From Bacteroidota bacterium (GTDB lineage Bacteria > Bacteroidota > Bacteroidia > NS11-12g > UBA9320), in contig NVWV01000005.1 in NCBI GenBank assembly GCA_002746305.1, positions 205,126 through 269,125 of the forward strand: DNA of 64,000 nt, read 5' to 3'. Under the pieces are notes generated by a model. That model had not been told where the DNA came from. It made no database searches and worked only from the letters and a program-made list of their open reading frames with translations. Positions 1-9,198 of the stretch are shown piece by piece (within the stretch, counting starts at the first letter, position 1; every line of letters starts with the position of its first letter). The translations under genes were made by a program, and so were the position numbers.

Positions 1-155
1 AAACGAGAACACAATTGAACGCTAACCCCTTCTTTACCATCTATATAGAATTTTAGATTAGTTTCTGCTTGGTTAACATTTATGCCTACCAAAAAGCAAT
101 CAGAATCTTTCAATTCTTCTTCAATAATTCTCGATATAATTTGTTTTACGCTCAA
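1..155 (-). CDS. Possible 5' portion of a minus-strand gene, continuing beyond the window start. The N-terminal region is RimP-like (…LSVKQIISRIIEEELKDSDCFLVGINVNQAETNLKFYIDGKEGVSVQLCSR).
   Basis: Manual translation of the reverse complement of 1..167 gives an open frame with no stop. Its pattern (acidic helix, LVGI, YIDxxxG, C..SR) resembles ribosome maturation factor RimP N-termini. There is no in-frame ATG before the stop at 207-209 (minus strand); a candidate TTG start lies at 153-155. Confidence 0.25.
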   Translation of the reverse strand, partial: MSVKQIISRIIEEELKDSDCFLVGINVNQAETNLKFYIDGKEGVSVQLCSR

Positions 156-301
156 ATTTTTTTCTAAGAAAAAAGGGGCTTTTAACCCCTTCCTATTCTT
201 GTATATTTAGTGCAAACCTAAGGTAATTGTGAATAATTTACAAGGGATTGAGCAATTGGATTACTTTGAATCCTTAATTTTGGTGTTAAAATCACTAATA
301 A

Positions 302-1102
302 ATGAATAAAAGACTCACTAAATTTAAGGTAATCGTTTTATTAATTGGATCTACATTGCTGATGGCCAATAGGGGAGGAACTCCAGGAGGTAGAACAGGT
401 TCATCTACTGATGGAAGTACCTGTGCAACTAACGGAGGGTGCCACGGTAACAACAATTCAACTGCAACAGCTCAAGACTTTATTACAAGTGACATACCAA
501 GCACAGGTTATGAAATAGGAGAGACGTATACTATAACCGTGAGTCCATCTAAATCTGGGGTATCAATTTGGGGTTTTGAAATGATGGCTGAAGGGGCAGG
601 AGGAGATGGAGTGGGGAGTTTTACTGGCAATTCAGAGGTCAACACACTAGAAGGTGGAATAAGAGCAACTCATAAATTTGCAAGTTCTAGCAACAGTGAT
701 GGGCAAACATGGTCTGTTGAATGGACGGCACCAGAACAGTCTGAAGGTGAAATTAGTTTTTATGCCGCTTCTTTGGCAGCAAACGGAACGGGTAATACAA
801 ATGGCGACAATGTTTTATTTGATACTTTGAAAGTATCGAGTAATGGACTAACCAATATTCAAAAAGTGTTGTCAAAATCAGTTACAGTTTATCCGAATCC
901 AGTAATAAACGTACTTAATGTAAAGGGATTAGGACGTGAAGAAGTGCGTCTAACACTATTAGATGCTAAAGGAAATAAGGTTTTACAACAGTCTTTTGAA
1001 AGTGAAAGTGGGGTAGATATTTCACGATTATCATCAGGAACATATTTTGCAAGTTTTTTTATTAGGGATGAGACCATCTTTAAGACTATTATTAAAGAAT
1101 AA
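302..1102 (+). CDS. Secreted protein with a type 9 secretion system (T9SS) C-terminal sorting domain
   Basis: The N-terminal signal peptide is MNKRLTKFKVIVLLIGSTLLMA. The C-terminal ~80 aa (VTVYPNPVINVLNVKG…GTYFASFFIRDE…) has the YPNP-containing type-A Por/T9SS CTD pattern. The central part is Gly/Ser/Thr-rich. Confidence 0.6.
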   Translation: MNKRLTKFKVIVLLIGSTLLMANRGGTPGGRTGSSTDGSTCATNGGCHGNNNSTATAQDFITSDIPSTGYEIGETYTITVSPSKSGVSIWGFEMMAEGAGGDGVGSFTGNSEVNTLEGGIRATHKFASSSNSDGQTWSVEWTAPEQSEGEISFYAASLAANGTGNTNGDNVLFDTLKVSSNGLTNIQKVLSKSVTVYPNPVINVLNVKGLGREEVRLTLLDAKGNKVLQQSFESESGVDISRLSSGTYFASFFIRDETIFKTIIKE

Positions 1103-1358
1103 CAACTTTTTTAATCTTAACAGGCTGAGCGGACTGGAGTACAATATCATCTGTTCAGTTTTCTAAAGTACTTTTCTTTTGTATTAATGATTATCATAAG
1201 CTGGAGCGTTTAAGTGGTCTTATTTTTCGAGCTCTAGCATTCAAGTTTGGATCGAAATTCAAGCTCGAAAAAATCAATCAATAAATTTTCAGAAGTTAAA
1301 CCACGTAAAACTGTATTTTCGCCGTTATCTACAAAAAGAATAAAAATTTTAACTCGAT

Positions 1359-4300
1359 ATGAAGAATTTTAAACTTATAAATACTATACTAGGCTGGGTG
1401 ACTTTTACAATTGCAACCATTGTATATGTGCTTACCTTAGAGCCATCGGTAAGTTTATGGGATTGTGGGGAGTTTATCTCAGCTGCATATAAATTACAGG
1501 TTGTACATCCTCCAGGGGCACCTCTCTTTCTTATGATAGGTAGAATCTTTACCCTTTTTGCAACTGAAGGTACCAATGAAGTGGCTATAGCAATGAACAC
1601 ATTTAGTGCAATTTCGAGTGCTGCAACCGTTATGTTTACTTTTTGGATAACAACTCATTTTGCAAAGAAAATTCTAAAGGTAGATATTAATGCTAAGTCA
1701 GTAGATTTAGCTAATGGTCTTGCGATATTGGGTGCAGGTCTAGTAGGAGCTCTATCCCTAACATTTATGGATACATTCTGGTTTAGTGCAGTAGAAGCAG
1801 AGGTATATGCTACTTCGTCATGCTTTATGGCTATGTCTTTCTGGGCTATCATTAAATGGGAAAAGATTAAAGAGGAACCAACCTCTGATAGATGGATTGT
1901 ATTTATTGCTTATATAATTGGTTTGGGTATTGGTCTTCACCTTTTAAATATACTTGTGGTTCCATCTATATTCTTATACTACTATATTAATAAGTACGGA
2001 ACGAGTACAGTCAATGTAGTTAAGGCTGGAGTTATTGGCGTTGGATCTATTGCCTTGCTACAATGGGGAATCATACCAAAAATTCCGGAAGTATCAGCCA
2101 ATTTTGATTTACTTTTTGTTAATACTTTTGGAATGTCATACAATTCTGGAACACTAGTATTTTTAATACTCTTACTTGTAACTATTATAACAGCTTTAAG
2201 AGCTTGTCATACAAAAGACAAGGTGTCCAAAATGGTTGCGTTAGTTGGTTTTGTAATTATTCTATTGATGTCTGGATTTGACAGCCCTTTAAGAATTTTT
2301 ATAAGATTATTGTTAGGAGCTAGTGTTATTTATGGGTTTATATATGCTCAAAAGAAAGGTAAGTTGCAGGTAGCAAATCTGGTTCTTGTATGCTTTGCTT
2401 TTATTATGATTGGATTTTCATCTTATGCTATGGTTGTGATACGGTCTAGTGCAGAGCCTGCTATTGACATGAATGATCCGCAAGATGCTCAAAGTTTGTT
2501 GAGTTACATTAATCGTGAACAATACGGGGATAGACCTCTAGTTTATGGCCCATATTGGACAGTTCAGGACTATAGAAATGCTACAGGAAGAGGACTCGAA
2601 ATAGAGGATGGTGGACCCCGATATAGAAGGGGCGATACGGAATATGAGGAAATAGGAAGAAAGCAGGATTTAAAGTGGGATGATAGTTATTCCACCTTTT
2701 TACCACGTATGGGTGACATGTCTGAGAAAGCAAAGTATTACCCTATATGGTGTGGTATGGAAGACATGTTCCTTCGGATTAATGTCTTAGAGCAACAAAT
2801 CAAACGGAATCCAAAAGATCAAGACTTAAGGGAGCAGCTTGCTAATATCAAAATGAAAAAGCCAAGCTTTAAAAATAATTTGACATTCTTGTTTAAATAT
2901 CAAATCCGATGGATGTATGTACGTTACTTCATGTGGAATTTTGCCGGAAGACAAAATGATATGCAAAATGTTTCCGGAGATAGGCAGAATGGTAATTGGA
3001 TATCTGGTATACGTTGGGTGGATGATAAGGTATTAGATATACCTCAGGATGTACCTAAGCACTTGAGCTATAATAAAGCTCATAATACATATTATTTCCT
3101 GCCTCTGATTCTTGGTTTATTAGGAATGATTGTTATGTTTAAGAGAAGTAAAATGGATTTTTATACGGTCTTAATTATGTTCATATTTACAGGTCTTCTG
3201 GTAGTTTTATACCTAAACCAACCACCACTTGAGCCAAGAGAAAGAGATTATACTTTTGCTGGGTCGTTCCAAACATTTTGTATCTGGATAGGTCTTGGGG
3301 TATTGTTTATTTATGATTTATTGAAGAATAAAATTGGTGGAGTAGGTACTGCAGTTGGAGCTACAGCTATAGCATTGGTGGCAGCACCATTTTTAATGGG
3401 TTCTCAAAACTGGGATGACCACGATAGATCAGATAGATATTTGGGTATTTCATTTGCTAAGAATTACTTAAATAGTTGTGAGAAGAATGCAATACTCTTT
3501 ACTAATGGAGATAATGATACATACCCACTTTGGTATGCTCAGAATGTAGAAAATTATAGAACAGATGTTCGTGTAATTAACCTTAGTTTACTTCCAACGG
3601 AATGGTACAGTAGTGCTCTTCGAAGAAAGGTCTTTGAGTCCGAAGCATTGCCATTTGGAATACCCGCCGAGAAAATGGAGGCAGGAAAGCGTGACTATGT
3701 AAGATTCTATGACACCAAGAAGTTTAATCAGAAGCAGTTTTACCCACTAGGCGAGGTATTGAATTATATTACTTCAGATAAGAAAAGTAAAATGCAGGCT
3801 ACTGCTGATGGTGAATTTATTAATATAGTACCTGTTAAGAATTATAGTTTGGCAGTAGACAAGCAAGCTATAATTGATCAAAAAATGGTTCCAGAATCTG
3901 ATACTTCTAAAATAGTAGATAAGCTGTTCTGGAATATTGGAAGGAATGCCTTGAGCAAAGGAGATTTAATCGTACTAGACATTATTGCAACGAATGCAAA
4001 ACAAGGATGGAAGAGACCAATTTATTGGACCACCACAACAGGCCCTTCTGTATATCTGAATCTCGATAAATACCTTAGAAACAATGGGTTGACTTATCAA
4101 TTGATACCAGTAGAAGCAAATCAAGGTAGACGGGGAATGGATGATGTAGACATGTTGTATGACAAATTTATGAACGTCTATGTATGGGGTAATATGGATA
4201 AAGGAACTATGTTCCTAGATGAGAAGGCACAATTAGTTCCTCAAAACTTGAGATCATCTTTTGTTCAGCTAGCCTCTTTCTTAGAAAGTGATGGAAGAGG

Positions 4301-4646
4301 TGATTCTGCTGCCAATATTTTAGACAAGTGTTATGCATCTATGCCAGAGTCAATTCTGCCGTTTAGTCTTAGATTAAAGGCTGGAAGTGCTGATATTTAT
4401 TATAAAGTAGGTCAACCAGAAAAGGGAGATAAATTTTTGAAAGAAGTTGGAGATGATGCATTTGAGTTAGTCAACTACTATAGAAAGATTAAAGCCAAAG
4501 GCATCAGTGGATATAATATAGATAGTCAAAAAAATGAGAACCTAAGTGTGCTAAGGAATGTTGGGCTTATGGCTAAACAATATGGTAGAGATGACTTGGC
4601 AAAGAAATATACAGATCTCTTTGATCAGTTGAATACAACTTACTAG
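1359..4646 (+). CDS. DUF2723-family giant polytopic membrane protein (PMT-like putative glycosyltransferase fold at the N-terminus, large extracytoplasmic C-terminal region)
   Basis: The N-terminus (WVTFTIATIVYVLTLEPSVSLWDCGEFISAAYKLQVVHPPGAPLFLMIGRIF) matches the conserved DUF2723 signature. Many hydrophobic helices occupy the first ~650 aa, followed by a long soluble region. This family is typical of Bacteroidota. Confidence 0.6.
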   Translation: MKNFKLINTILGWVTFTIATIVYVLTLEPSVSLWDCGEFISAAYKLQVVHPPGAPLFLMIGRIFTLFATEGTNEVAIAMNTFSAISSAATVMFTFWITTHFAKKILKVDINAKSVDLANGLAILGAGLVGALSLTFMDTFWFSAVEAEVYATSSCFMAMSFWAIIKWEKIKEEPTSDRWIVFIAYIIGLGIGLHLLNILVVPSIFLYYYINKYGTSTVNVVKAGVIGVGSIALLQWGIIPKIPEVSANFDLLFVNTFGMSYNSGTLVFLILLLVTIITALRACHTKDKVSKMVALVGFVIILLMSGFDSPLRIFIRLLLGASVIYGFIYAQKKGKLQVANLVLVCFAFIMIGFSSYAMVVIRSSAEPAIDMNDPQDAQSLLSYINREQYGDRPLVYGPYWTVQDYRNATGRGLEIEDGGPRYRRGDTEYEEIGRKQDLKWDDSYSTFLPRMGDMSEKAKYYPIWCGMEDMFLRINVLEQQIKRNPKDQDLREQLANIKMKKPSFKNNLTFLFKYQIRWMYVRYFMWNFAGRQNDMQNVSGDRQNGNWISGIRWVDDKVLDIPQDVPKHLSYNKAHNTYYFLPLILGLLGMIVMFKRSKMDFYTVLIMFIFTGLLVVLYLNQPPLEPRERDYTFAGSFQTFCIWIGLGVLFIYDLLKNKIGGVGTAVGATAIALVAAPFLMGSQNWDDHDRSDRYLGISFAKNYLNSCEKNAILFTNGDNDTYPLWYAQNVENYRTDVRVINLSLLPTEWYSSALRRKVFESEALPFGIPAEKMEAGKRDYVRFYDTKKFNQKQFYPLGEVLNYITSDKKSKMQATADGEFINIVPVKNYSLAVDKQAIIDQKMVPESDTSKIVDKLFWNIGRNALSKGDLIVLDIIATNAKQGWKRPIYWTTTTGPSVYLNLDKYLRNNGLTYQLIPVEANQGRRGMDDVDMLYDKFMNVYVWGNMDKGTMFLDEKAQLVPQNLRSSFVQLASFLESDGRGDSAANILDKCYASMPESILPFSLRLKAGSADIYYKVGQPEKGDKFLKEVGDDAFELVNYYRKIKAKGISGYNIDSQKNENLSVLRNVGLMAKQYGRDDLAKKYTDLFDQLNTTY

Positions 4647-4656
4647 GTAAAGTATA

Positions 4657-5388
4657 ATGGCAAAAGAAGGGGTAGTTATAGGTTACCATGCGGTAGAAGA
4701 ATTGCTTCAAAGTGGTGAGACTATTGGTAAAGTGTATATCAATAGTCAAGCTGATCGACATAAAATTGGGACACTCCGGCAACTAGCAAAGGCGAATGAT
4801 ACTCCCTTTCAGATGGTGCCAGTTGAAAAACTAAATCGCATTAGTAGAGCCAATCATCAAGGAGTTATTGCCATAAAGAGTCCAATTGATTTTGTACCTT
4901 TAGAGGAGACAATTACTCGAATGTATGAGGAGGGGAAACCGCCGAAGATTTTGGTAGCTGATGGAATTCAAGATATAAGAAATATAGGAGCAATATCTAG
5001 GTCTTGCCTTGCCTTTGGTGTAGATCTAATGATTGTTGGGGTAAAAGCCAATGCCGAAATTGGTGAGGGAGCTATAAAGTCATCGGCTGGAGCATTGTTG
5101 AAGTTACCTGTAGCTCGTGTTAGCAGTTTGTCCAATACATTAACATATCTGAAGAGTTGGGGTTTGGATCAAATAGCTGCAAGTGAAAAGTCTGATGTGG
5201 TATTAAAGTCTGATACATTTAAGGAATTAGACTCCTGGGTGCTATGGATGGGTAATGAGGATAAGGGCCTTTCCAAAGAACGATTAGCACTAATGGACGC
5301 TACAGTATGCATAAATATGCCTGGAGATACAGACTCATTGAACGTTTCTGTTGCCGCTGGGATAGTGCTTCACTCACTAATTAGCTGA
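4657..5388 (+). CDS. rlmB: TrmH/SpoU-family RNA 2'-O-methyltransferase (RlmB-like)
   Basis: Length is 243 aa. A SpoU-type C-terminal knot region is present (MGNEDKGLSKERLALMDATVCINMPGDTDSLNVSVAAGIVLH), with an N-terminal SpoU substrate-binding-like domain. Confidence 0.6.
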   Translation: MAKEGVVIGYHAVEELLQSGETIGKVYINSQADRHKIGTLRQLAKANDTPFQMVPVEKLNRISRANHQGVIAIKSPIDFVPLEETITRMYEEGKPPKILVADGIQDIRNIGAISRSCLAFGVDLMIVGVKANAEIGEGAIKSSAGALLKLPVARVSSLSNTLTYLKSWGLDQIAASEKSDVVLKSDTFKELDSWVLWMGNEDKGLSKERLALMDATVCINMPGDTDSLNVSVAAGIVLHSLIS

Positions 5389-5518
5389 TTTGCAGCTGAT
5401 TGTATAATTTTGTACTAAGTATGCGGTTAATTGCATAAAAAAATTATTTTCGCAGCAAGTGAAAGGGCATATATTTTGCTATTCATGAATTAGTATAATT
5501 ATTTAAAAATTTAACTGA

Positions 5519-5740
5519 ATGTATTGGACTTTAGAACTAGCATCTTACTTAGATGACGCACCTTGGCCAGCAACCAAGGACGAGCTAATTGACTTTGCCA
5601 TTAGAACTGGAGCTCCTTTGGAGGTAGTAGAAAACCTGCAAGAGCTAGAGGACGATGGTGAGCCATTTGAAACAATTGAAGAGATTTGGTCAGAGTATCC
5701 GTCGACAGACGATTACTTTTTTAACCAAGACGAACTATAA
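5519..5740 (+). CDS. DUF2795 domain small acidic protein
   Basis: This 73-aa product has the PATKDELIDFAIRTGAP…VVENLQEL…FETIEEI pattern characteristic of DUF2795. It has its own terminator hairpin immediately downstream. Confidence 0.5.
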   Translation: MYWTLELASYLDDAPWPATKDELIDFAIRTGAPLEVVENLQELEDDGEPFETIEEIWSEYPSTDDYFFNQDEL

Positions 5741-5769
5741 TACTTAAGAAATAATTAAGATTACAAAGG

Positions 5770-5802
5770 GCCTCACTATTTATTTAGTGGGGCTTTTATT
5801 AT
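5770..5802 (+). terminator. Rho-independent terminator hairpin (GCCTCACTA-TTTATT-TAGTGGGGC then TTTTATTAT) between convergent genes
   Basis: Read directly: a 9-bp stem with one G·U pair, followed by a T-rich tract. It overlaps the stop codon of the minus-strand lytic transglycosylase gene. Confidence 0.5.
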
Positions 5803-6675
5803 ATATGGTTTATTGGTGATGATCAATTCATTGCCCTTTATCCAAGGATTAAGGCTTTTAAGAACGTGATAATTAGTGCCTAATGAAGCAGCATATTCAG
5901 ATATGTTTTGAATGGTGCTATCTGCATATATATCAATGGTTTCTATCGGACTATAAAAGTCCTTATCTTCAATATAAAATCCGTAAGAACTGGGATTTTC
6001 AATTATTGTTTTCAATGCAATTATTCTGAGGATATATCTAGAGGTTTCAGTGTTTAAGTGCATGTCAAAGTAATCTGAAACAAGCTGTTTGTTGAGGTCC
6101 TTGTTAATTCCATTTATACCCCTGTTATAAGAAGCTGCGGCAAGCGTCCAACTTCCAAATCTGTTATACGCTTTTTTCAGATATAGGCACGCTGCTTCTG
6201 TACTTTTTTCTAGATGATACCTCTCATCAACCATTCTATTAATTGATAGACCGTATGACTTACCAGATGAAGGCATAAATTGCCATATTCCTTTCGCACC
6301 AGCAGGTGAGGTTACATTTAATAAACCACTTTCTGCAACTGCAAGGTATTTGAAGTCATCTGGAATGCCATTTTTAGCAAGGATGGGTTCTATAACTGCA
6401 AAAGCTCTTTGGGTTCGTTTTAAAATTAGTAGTGTATTACTTTGCCAGTAGGAATTTACCAGTAGTTCTCTATCAAGTCTTTCTTTTATTTCAAATTTTT
6501 CTAGAGGGACAGCTTCTCCAGCAAATTGTAATTGACTAGGAATTGGTACAGGGTAAACCTTCATCCCATCGGACATCTTATTTTCCTGATCCATTTGTTC
6601 GGTTTGCTTACCTGATATGATCAGTACGGCGGTGAAGCCTAAGATTAATAGTGCTAAAAATTTGAATTTTTTCAT
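5776..6675 (-). CDS. Lytic transglycosylase (SLT/MltD-like domain) with signal peptide
   Basis: The signal peptide is MKKFKFLALLILGFTAVLI. The SLT catalytic region (LAVAESGLLNVTSPAGAKGIWQFMPSSGKSYGL) has the ES-GxWQFM motif of family 1 lytic transglycosylases. Confidence 0.65.
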   Translation of the reverse strand: MKKFKFLALLILGFTAVLIISGKQTEQMDQENKMSDGMKVYPVPIPSQLQFAGEAVPLEKFEIKERLDRELLVNSYWQSNTLLILKRTQRAFAVIEPILAKNGIPDDFKYLAVAESGLLNVTSPAGAKGIWQFMPSSGKSYGLSINRMVDERYHLEKSTEAACLYLKKAYNRFGSWTLAAASYNRGINGINKDLNKQLVSDYFDMHLNTETSRYILRIIALKTIIENPSSYGFYIEDKDFYSPIETIDIYADSTIQNISEYAASLGTNYHVLKSLNPWIKGNELIITNKPYIIKAPLNK

Positions 6676-6679
6676 TATG

Positions 6680-7288
6680 CTAAAACAACAATCCTATTTC
6701 AAAACTTAGATTTCTAATTTCTCCGCCTTTGCCAGTCTTTGGAAAGTATCCATCAAAATTAACTCCATTGTTTGCATTACTCAAGCCGACTTTTACACCA
6801 AACTGGAAACCTACAATTGGTCCATTAATGGTATAGTAACTTGCTAAACCGAAATCGAGGTCTTTAAAATTTAAATCGTTCAATTTTGATTTTTGATCAT
6901 TCCCAATATATAGGGATGAAAGGCCAAGATAAGATAAGTAAGGTCCAATGGAAATATTATTCTTATCAAGTAAATAAGATGGAAGAATAGCTGCTTCAAT
7001 GTAGAACAAAGCAATTTTAGTATATGCAGTATCTCCATTTTTAAAATTGGAACCTCTAAAACTTCCTAAAATTTCAGAGTGAAGAGACCATTTTTTGTCT
7101 AAAGGGGTCTCTAAGTATGCTCCAGCTGTATAGCCAAACTTGGGTCTTGGATTTTCAAACTCTGTTCCCGATAAAGTTGAAATATTTATGCTTGTCTTTA
7201 TACCAAGATCGAGTTCTGGTCGCTCTTTCTTTTGAGAAAACCCTAAGGTGTAAATAATAAGTCCTAGTATTAATGCAAATATTCTCAA
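6680..7288 (-). CDS. Small outer-membrane beta-barrel protein (porin/OmpA-like barrel family)
   Basis: It has a signal peptide, alternating hydrophobic/aromatic beta-strand pattern, and a C-terminal …FEIGLLF aromatic terminus typical of OM beta-barrels. Confidence 0.45.
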   Translation of the reverse strand: MRIFALILGLIIYTLGFSQKKERPELDLGIKTSINISTLSGTEFENPRPKFGYTAGAYLETPLDKKWSLHSEILGSFRGSNFKNGDTAYTKIALFYIEAAILPSYLLDKNNISIGPYLSYLGLSSLYIGNDQKSKLNDLNFKDLDFGLASYYTINGPIVGFQFGVKVGLSNANNGVNFDGYFPKTGKGGEIRNLSFEIGLLF

Positions 7289-7291
7289 TTC

Positions 7292-9145
7292 TTAATCTAT
7301 TTTTTTCCCTTGAAGAGCTTTTGCAATTTTTTCATCCATTGCCTTTTCCGCAAATTGACGCGAAAAATTATTCAATTCTTCTGTAGAGGTAACGATTAAA
7401 TTCCTGTCTTTAGCGTTTACAGCCTGTCTTAAAATTTGAACGTGCTTATTAATACCATCAATATCGGATGAAGTAAGAAGGTGAGCATTTTGATTTATAA
7501 ACTTGTCAGTAGCATAAATTAATTGATCTCCTTCTGCAATAGCTTCAGCTAGAGATCTTGTTTTCATATCTGATTCTGCATTATCTATGCTTGCTTTAAG
7601 CATGGATTTTATCTCGTCATCTGTAATGCCATATTGGGGCTTCATTTCTACTTGCTGTTGTACCCCAGATCTCTTTTCTTCGGCACTTACTTGAAGAATC
7701 CCATCTGCATTCAGCATAAAAGTCATTTCAATCTTTGGCATACCTGCAGGCATTGATGGAATATTTTGTAATATGAATTCTCCTAGTTTTCTGTTGTCAG
7801 CGACCATTTCTCGCTCCCCTTGATATACATTAATAGCTAAGTTCACTTGTCCATCCACTGACGTTGTATACTCTTTACGAAGTTTAGTGGGAATCTTGTT
7901 GTTCCTTGGAATAAGTACATCCATCATTCCTCCTAAGGTTTCTATTCCCAAAGATAAAGGAGTTACATCCAACAATAGCATGTCAGTTCTGTTTCCAGCT
8001 AGTATATCTGCTTCTATGGCAGCACCAAGAGCTACAACTTCATCAGGATTAATATTATTATTTACTTTAGCACTCATAAAGAGTTTTGATACTTTCTCTT
8101 TTACAAAAACAGTTTTAGTACTACCTCCAACCAAAACTATCTCATCAATGTCTTCAGCACGTAATTCAGCGTCTTTAAGAGCATTTTGAGAGCAAATCAA
8201 TGTCTTACATACAAGAGGATTAATTAATTCATTAAGTTGCTTAATATTTAGACTTAAAGGAATGTTTTTTCCACCCAAGAGTAAAACCGAATGAAATTCA
8301 CCACTTTCTCCGAGTATTTTTTTTGCGTTCTCAGCGGTTAGCCTAAGTGATTGTTTTTCGTTTTTAGATAGATTTTCGAGATTAAACAAGTCTTGCCAAA
8401 AATTGACAATCTGTTGGTCAAAATCATCCCCTCCAAGGCTGGTATCCCCATTCGTTGCAAGAACTTCAAAAATGCCATCTTGAATGGAGAGAATTGAGAT
8501 ATCAAAAGTTCCTCCTCCCAAGTCATATACTGCCACTGTACGGGGTTTTTCTGTGTCTTGACCAAGACCATAAGCTAAACTAGCAGCAGTTGGTTCATTA
8601 ATTATTCTAAGTACATCCAAACCAGCAAGCTTACCTGCATCACGTGTAGCTTGACGTTGAGAATCATTGAAATATGCAGGAACGGTAATTACTACTTTAG
8701 AGATTTGAGTATTTAGTTTTAATTCAGCTATGTTTTTTAATTCTTTAAGAATATACGATGATAGCTCGGTGGGAGAATATAATCGCCCTTCAATCCTCAC
8801 TTGAATCAACTTATCATCGTTGTCTACTATCTCATAGTTCAATTTGTGATTTCCTTTCATCACATCTTGATAGCTTTTACCCATTAATCTCTTAATAGAG
8901 TAGATGGTATTTTCAGGCTCATCAACCATTTTGTTTATTGCTGATTGACCAATGGATATTGCATCATTGCTAATGTGAAGGACACTTGGAACTATGCTTG
9001 CTTCATCTTTGGTAATGCAATATGGCATTCTGCTAGTTTCTTCTATACTAGCTATTAAGCTATTTGTTGTGCCTAAGTCTATACCTATGACTACAGAGCT
9101 TTTGGCAACTGTGCCCGAGGTAAGATTTATGGATATTTTAGCCAT
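7292..9145 (-). CDS. Hsp70-family chaperone paralog (HscA-like, not the canonical DnaK)
   Basis: The actin-like ATPase phosphate-1 motif IGIDLGTTNSLIA is present, along with DLGGGTFDIS, a substrate-binding domain and a helical lid. At 617 aa with a non-DnaK N-terminus and C-terminus, it matches the HscA-type second Hsp70 of Bacteroidota. Confidence 0.7.
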   Translation of the reverse strand: MAKISINLTSGTVAKSSVVIGIDLGTTNSLIASIEETSRMPYCITKDEASIVPSVLHISNDAISIGQSAINKMVDEPENTIYSIKRLMGKSYQDVMKGNHKLNYEIVDNDDKLIQVRIEGRLYSPTELSSYILKELKNIAELKLNTQISKVVITVPAYFNDSQRQATRDAGKLAGLDVLRIINEPTAASLAYGLGQDTEKPRTVAVYDLGGGTFDISILSIQDGIFEVLATNGDTSLGGDDFDQQIVNFWQDLFNLENLSKNEKQSLRLTAENAKKILGESGEFHSVLLLGGKNIPLSLNIKQLNELINPLVCKTLICSQNALKDAELRAEDIDEIVLVGGSTKTVFVKEKVSKLFMSAKVNNNINPDEVVALGAAIEADILAGNRTDMLLLDVTPLSLGIETLGGMMDVLIPRNNKIPTKLRKEYTTSVDGQVNLAINVYQGEREMVADNRKLGEFILQNIPSMPAGMPKIEMTFMLNADGILQVSAEEKRSGVQQQVEMKPQYGITDDEIKSMLKASIDNAESDMKTRSLAEAIAEGDQLIYATDKFINQNAHLLTSSDIDGINKHVQILRQAVNAKDRNLIVTSTEELNNFSRQFAEKAMDEKIAKALQGKKID

Positions 9146-9198
9146 GCTGCAAAGGTATTTATTCTATTCTCAGAGAATTAAGAAATGGATATATAAAT

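Noticed and set aside
175-190. GGGGCTTTTAACCCC hairpin near the window start
   Set aside because: It is a short 4-bp stem located in what would be the 5' leader of the possible minus-strand gene. There is no T-run in the orientation that would make it a terminator for a known gene.
409-450. C-x5-C-H (CATNGGCH) in the first T9SS cargo protein, considered as a heme c attachment site
   Set aside because: Canonical cytochrome c sites are CxxCH. The Cx5CH spacing is not a recognised motif, and nothing else in the protein suggests a cytochrome.
7887-8189. 100-aa ORF on the plus strand inside the Hsp70 gene (also 8338..8571 and 8994..9230 nearby)
   Set aside because: It lies entirely antisense within, or overlapping, a strongly supported 617-aa Hsp70-family gene. 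The product is low-complexity and Ser/Leu-rich, typical of shadow ORFs.
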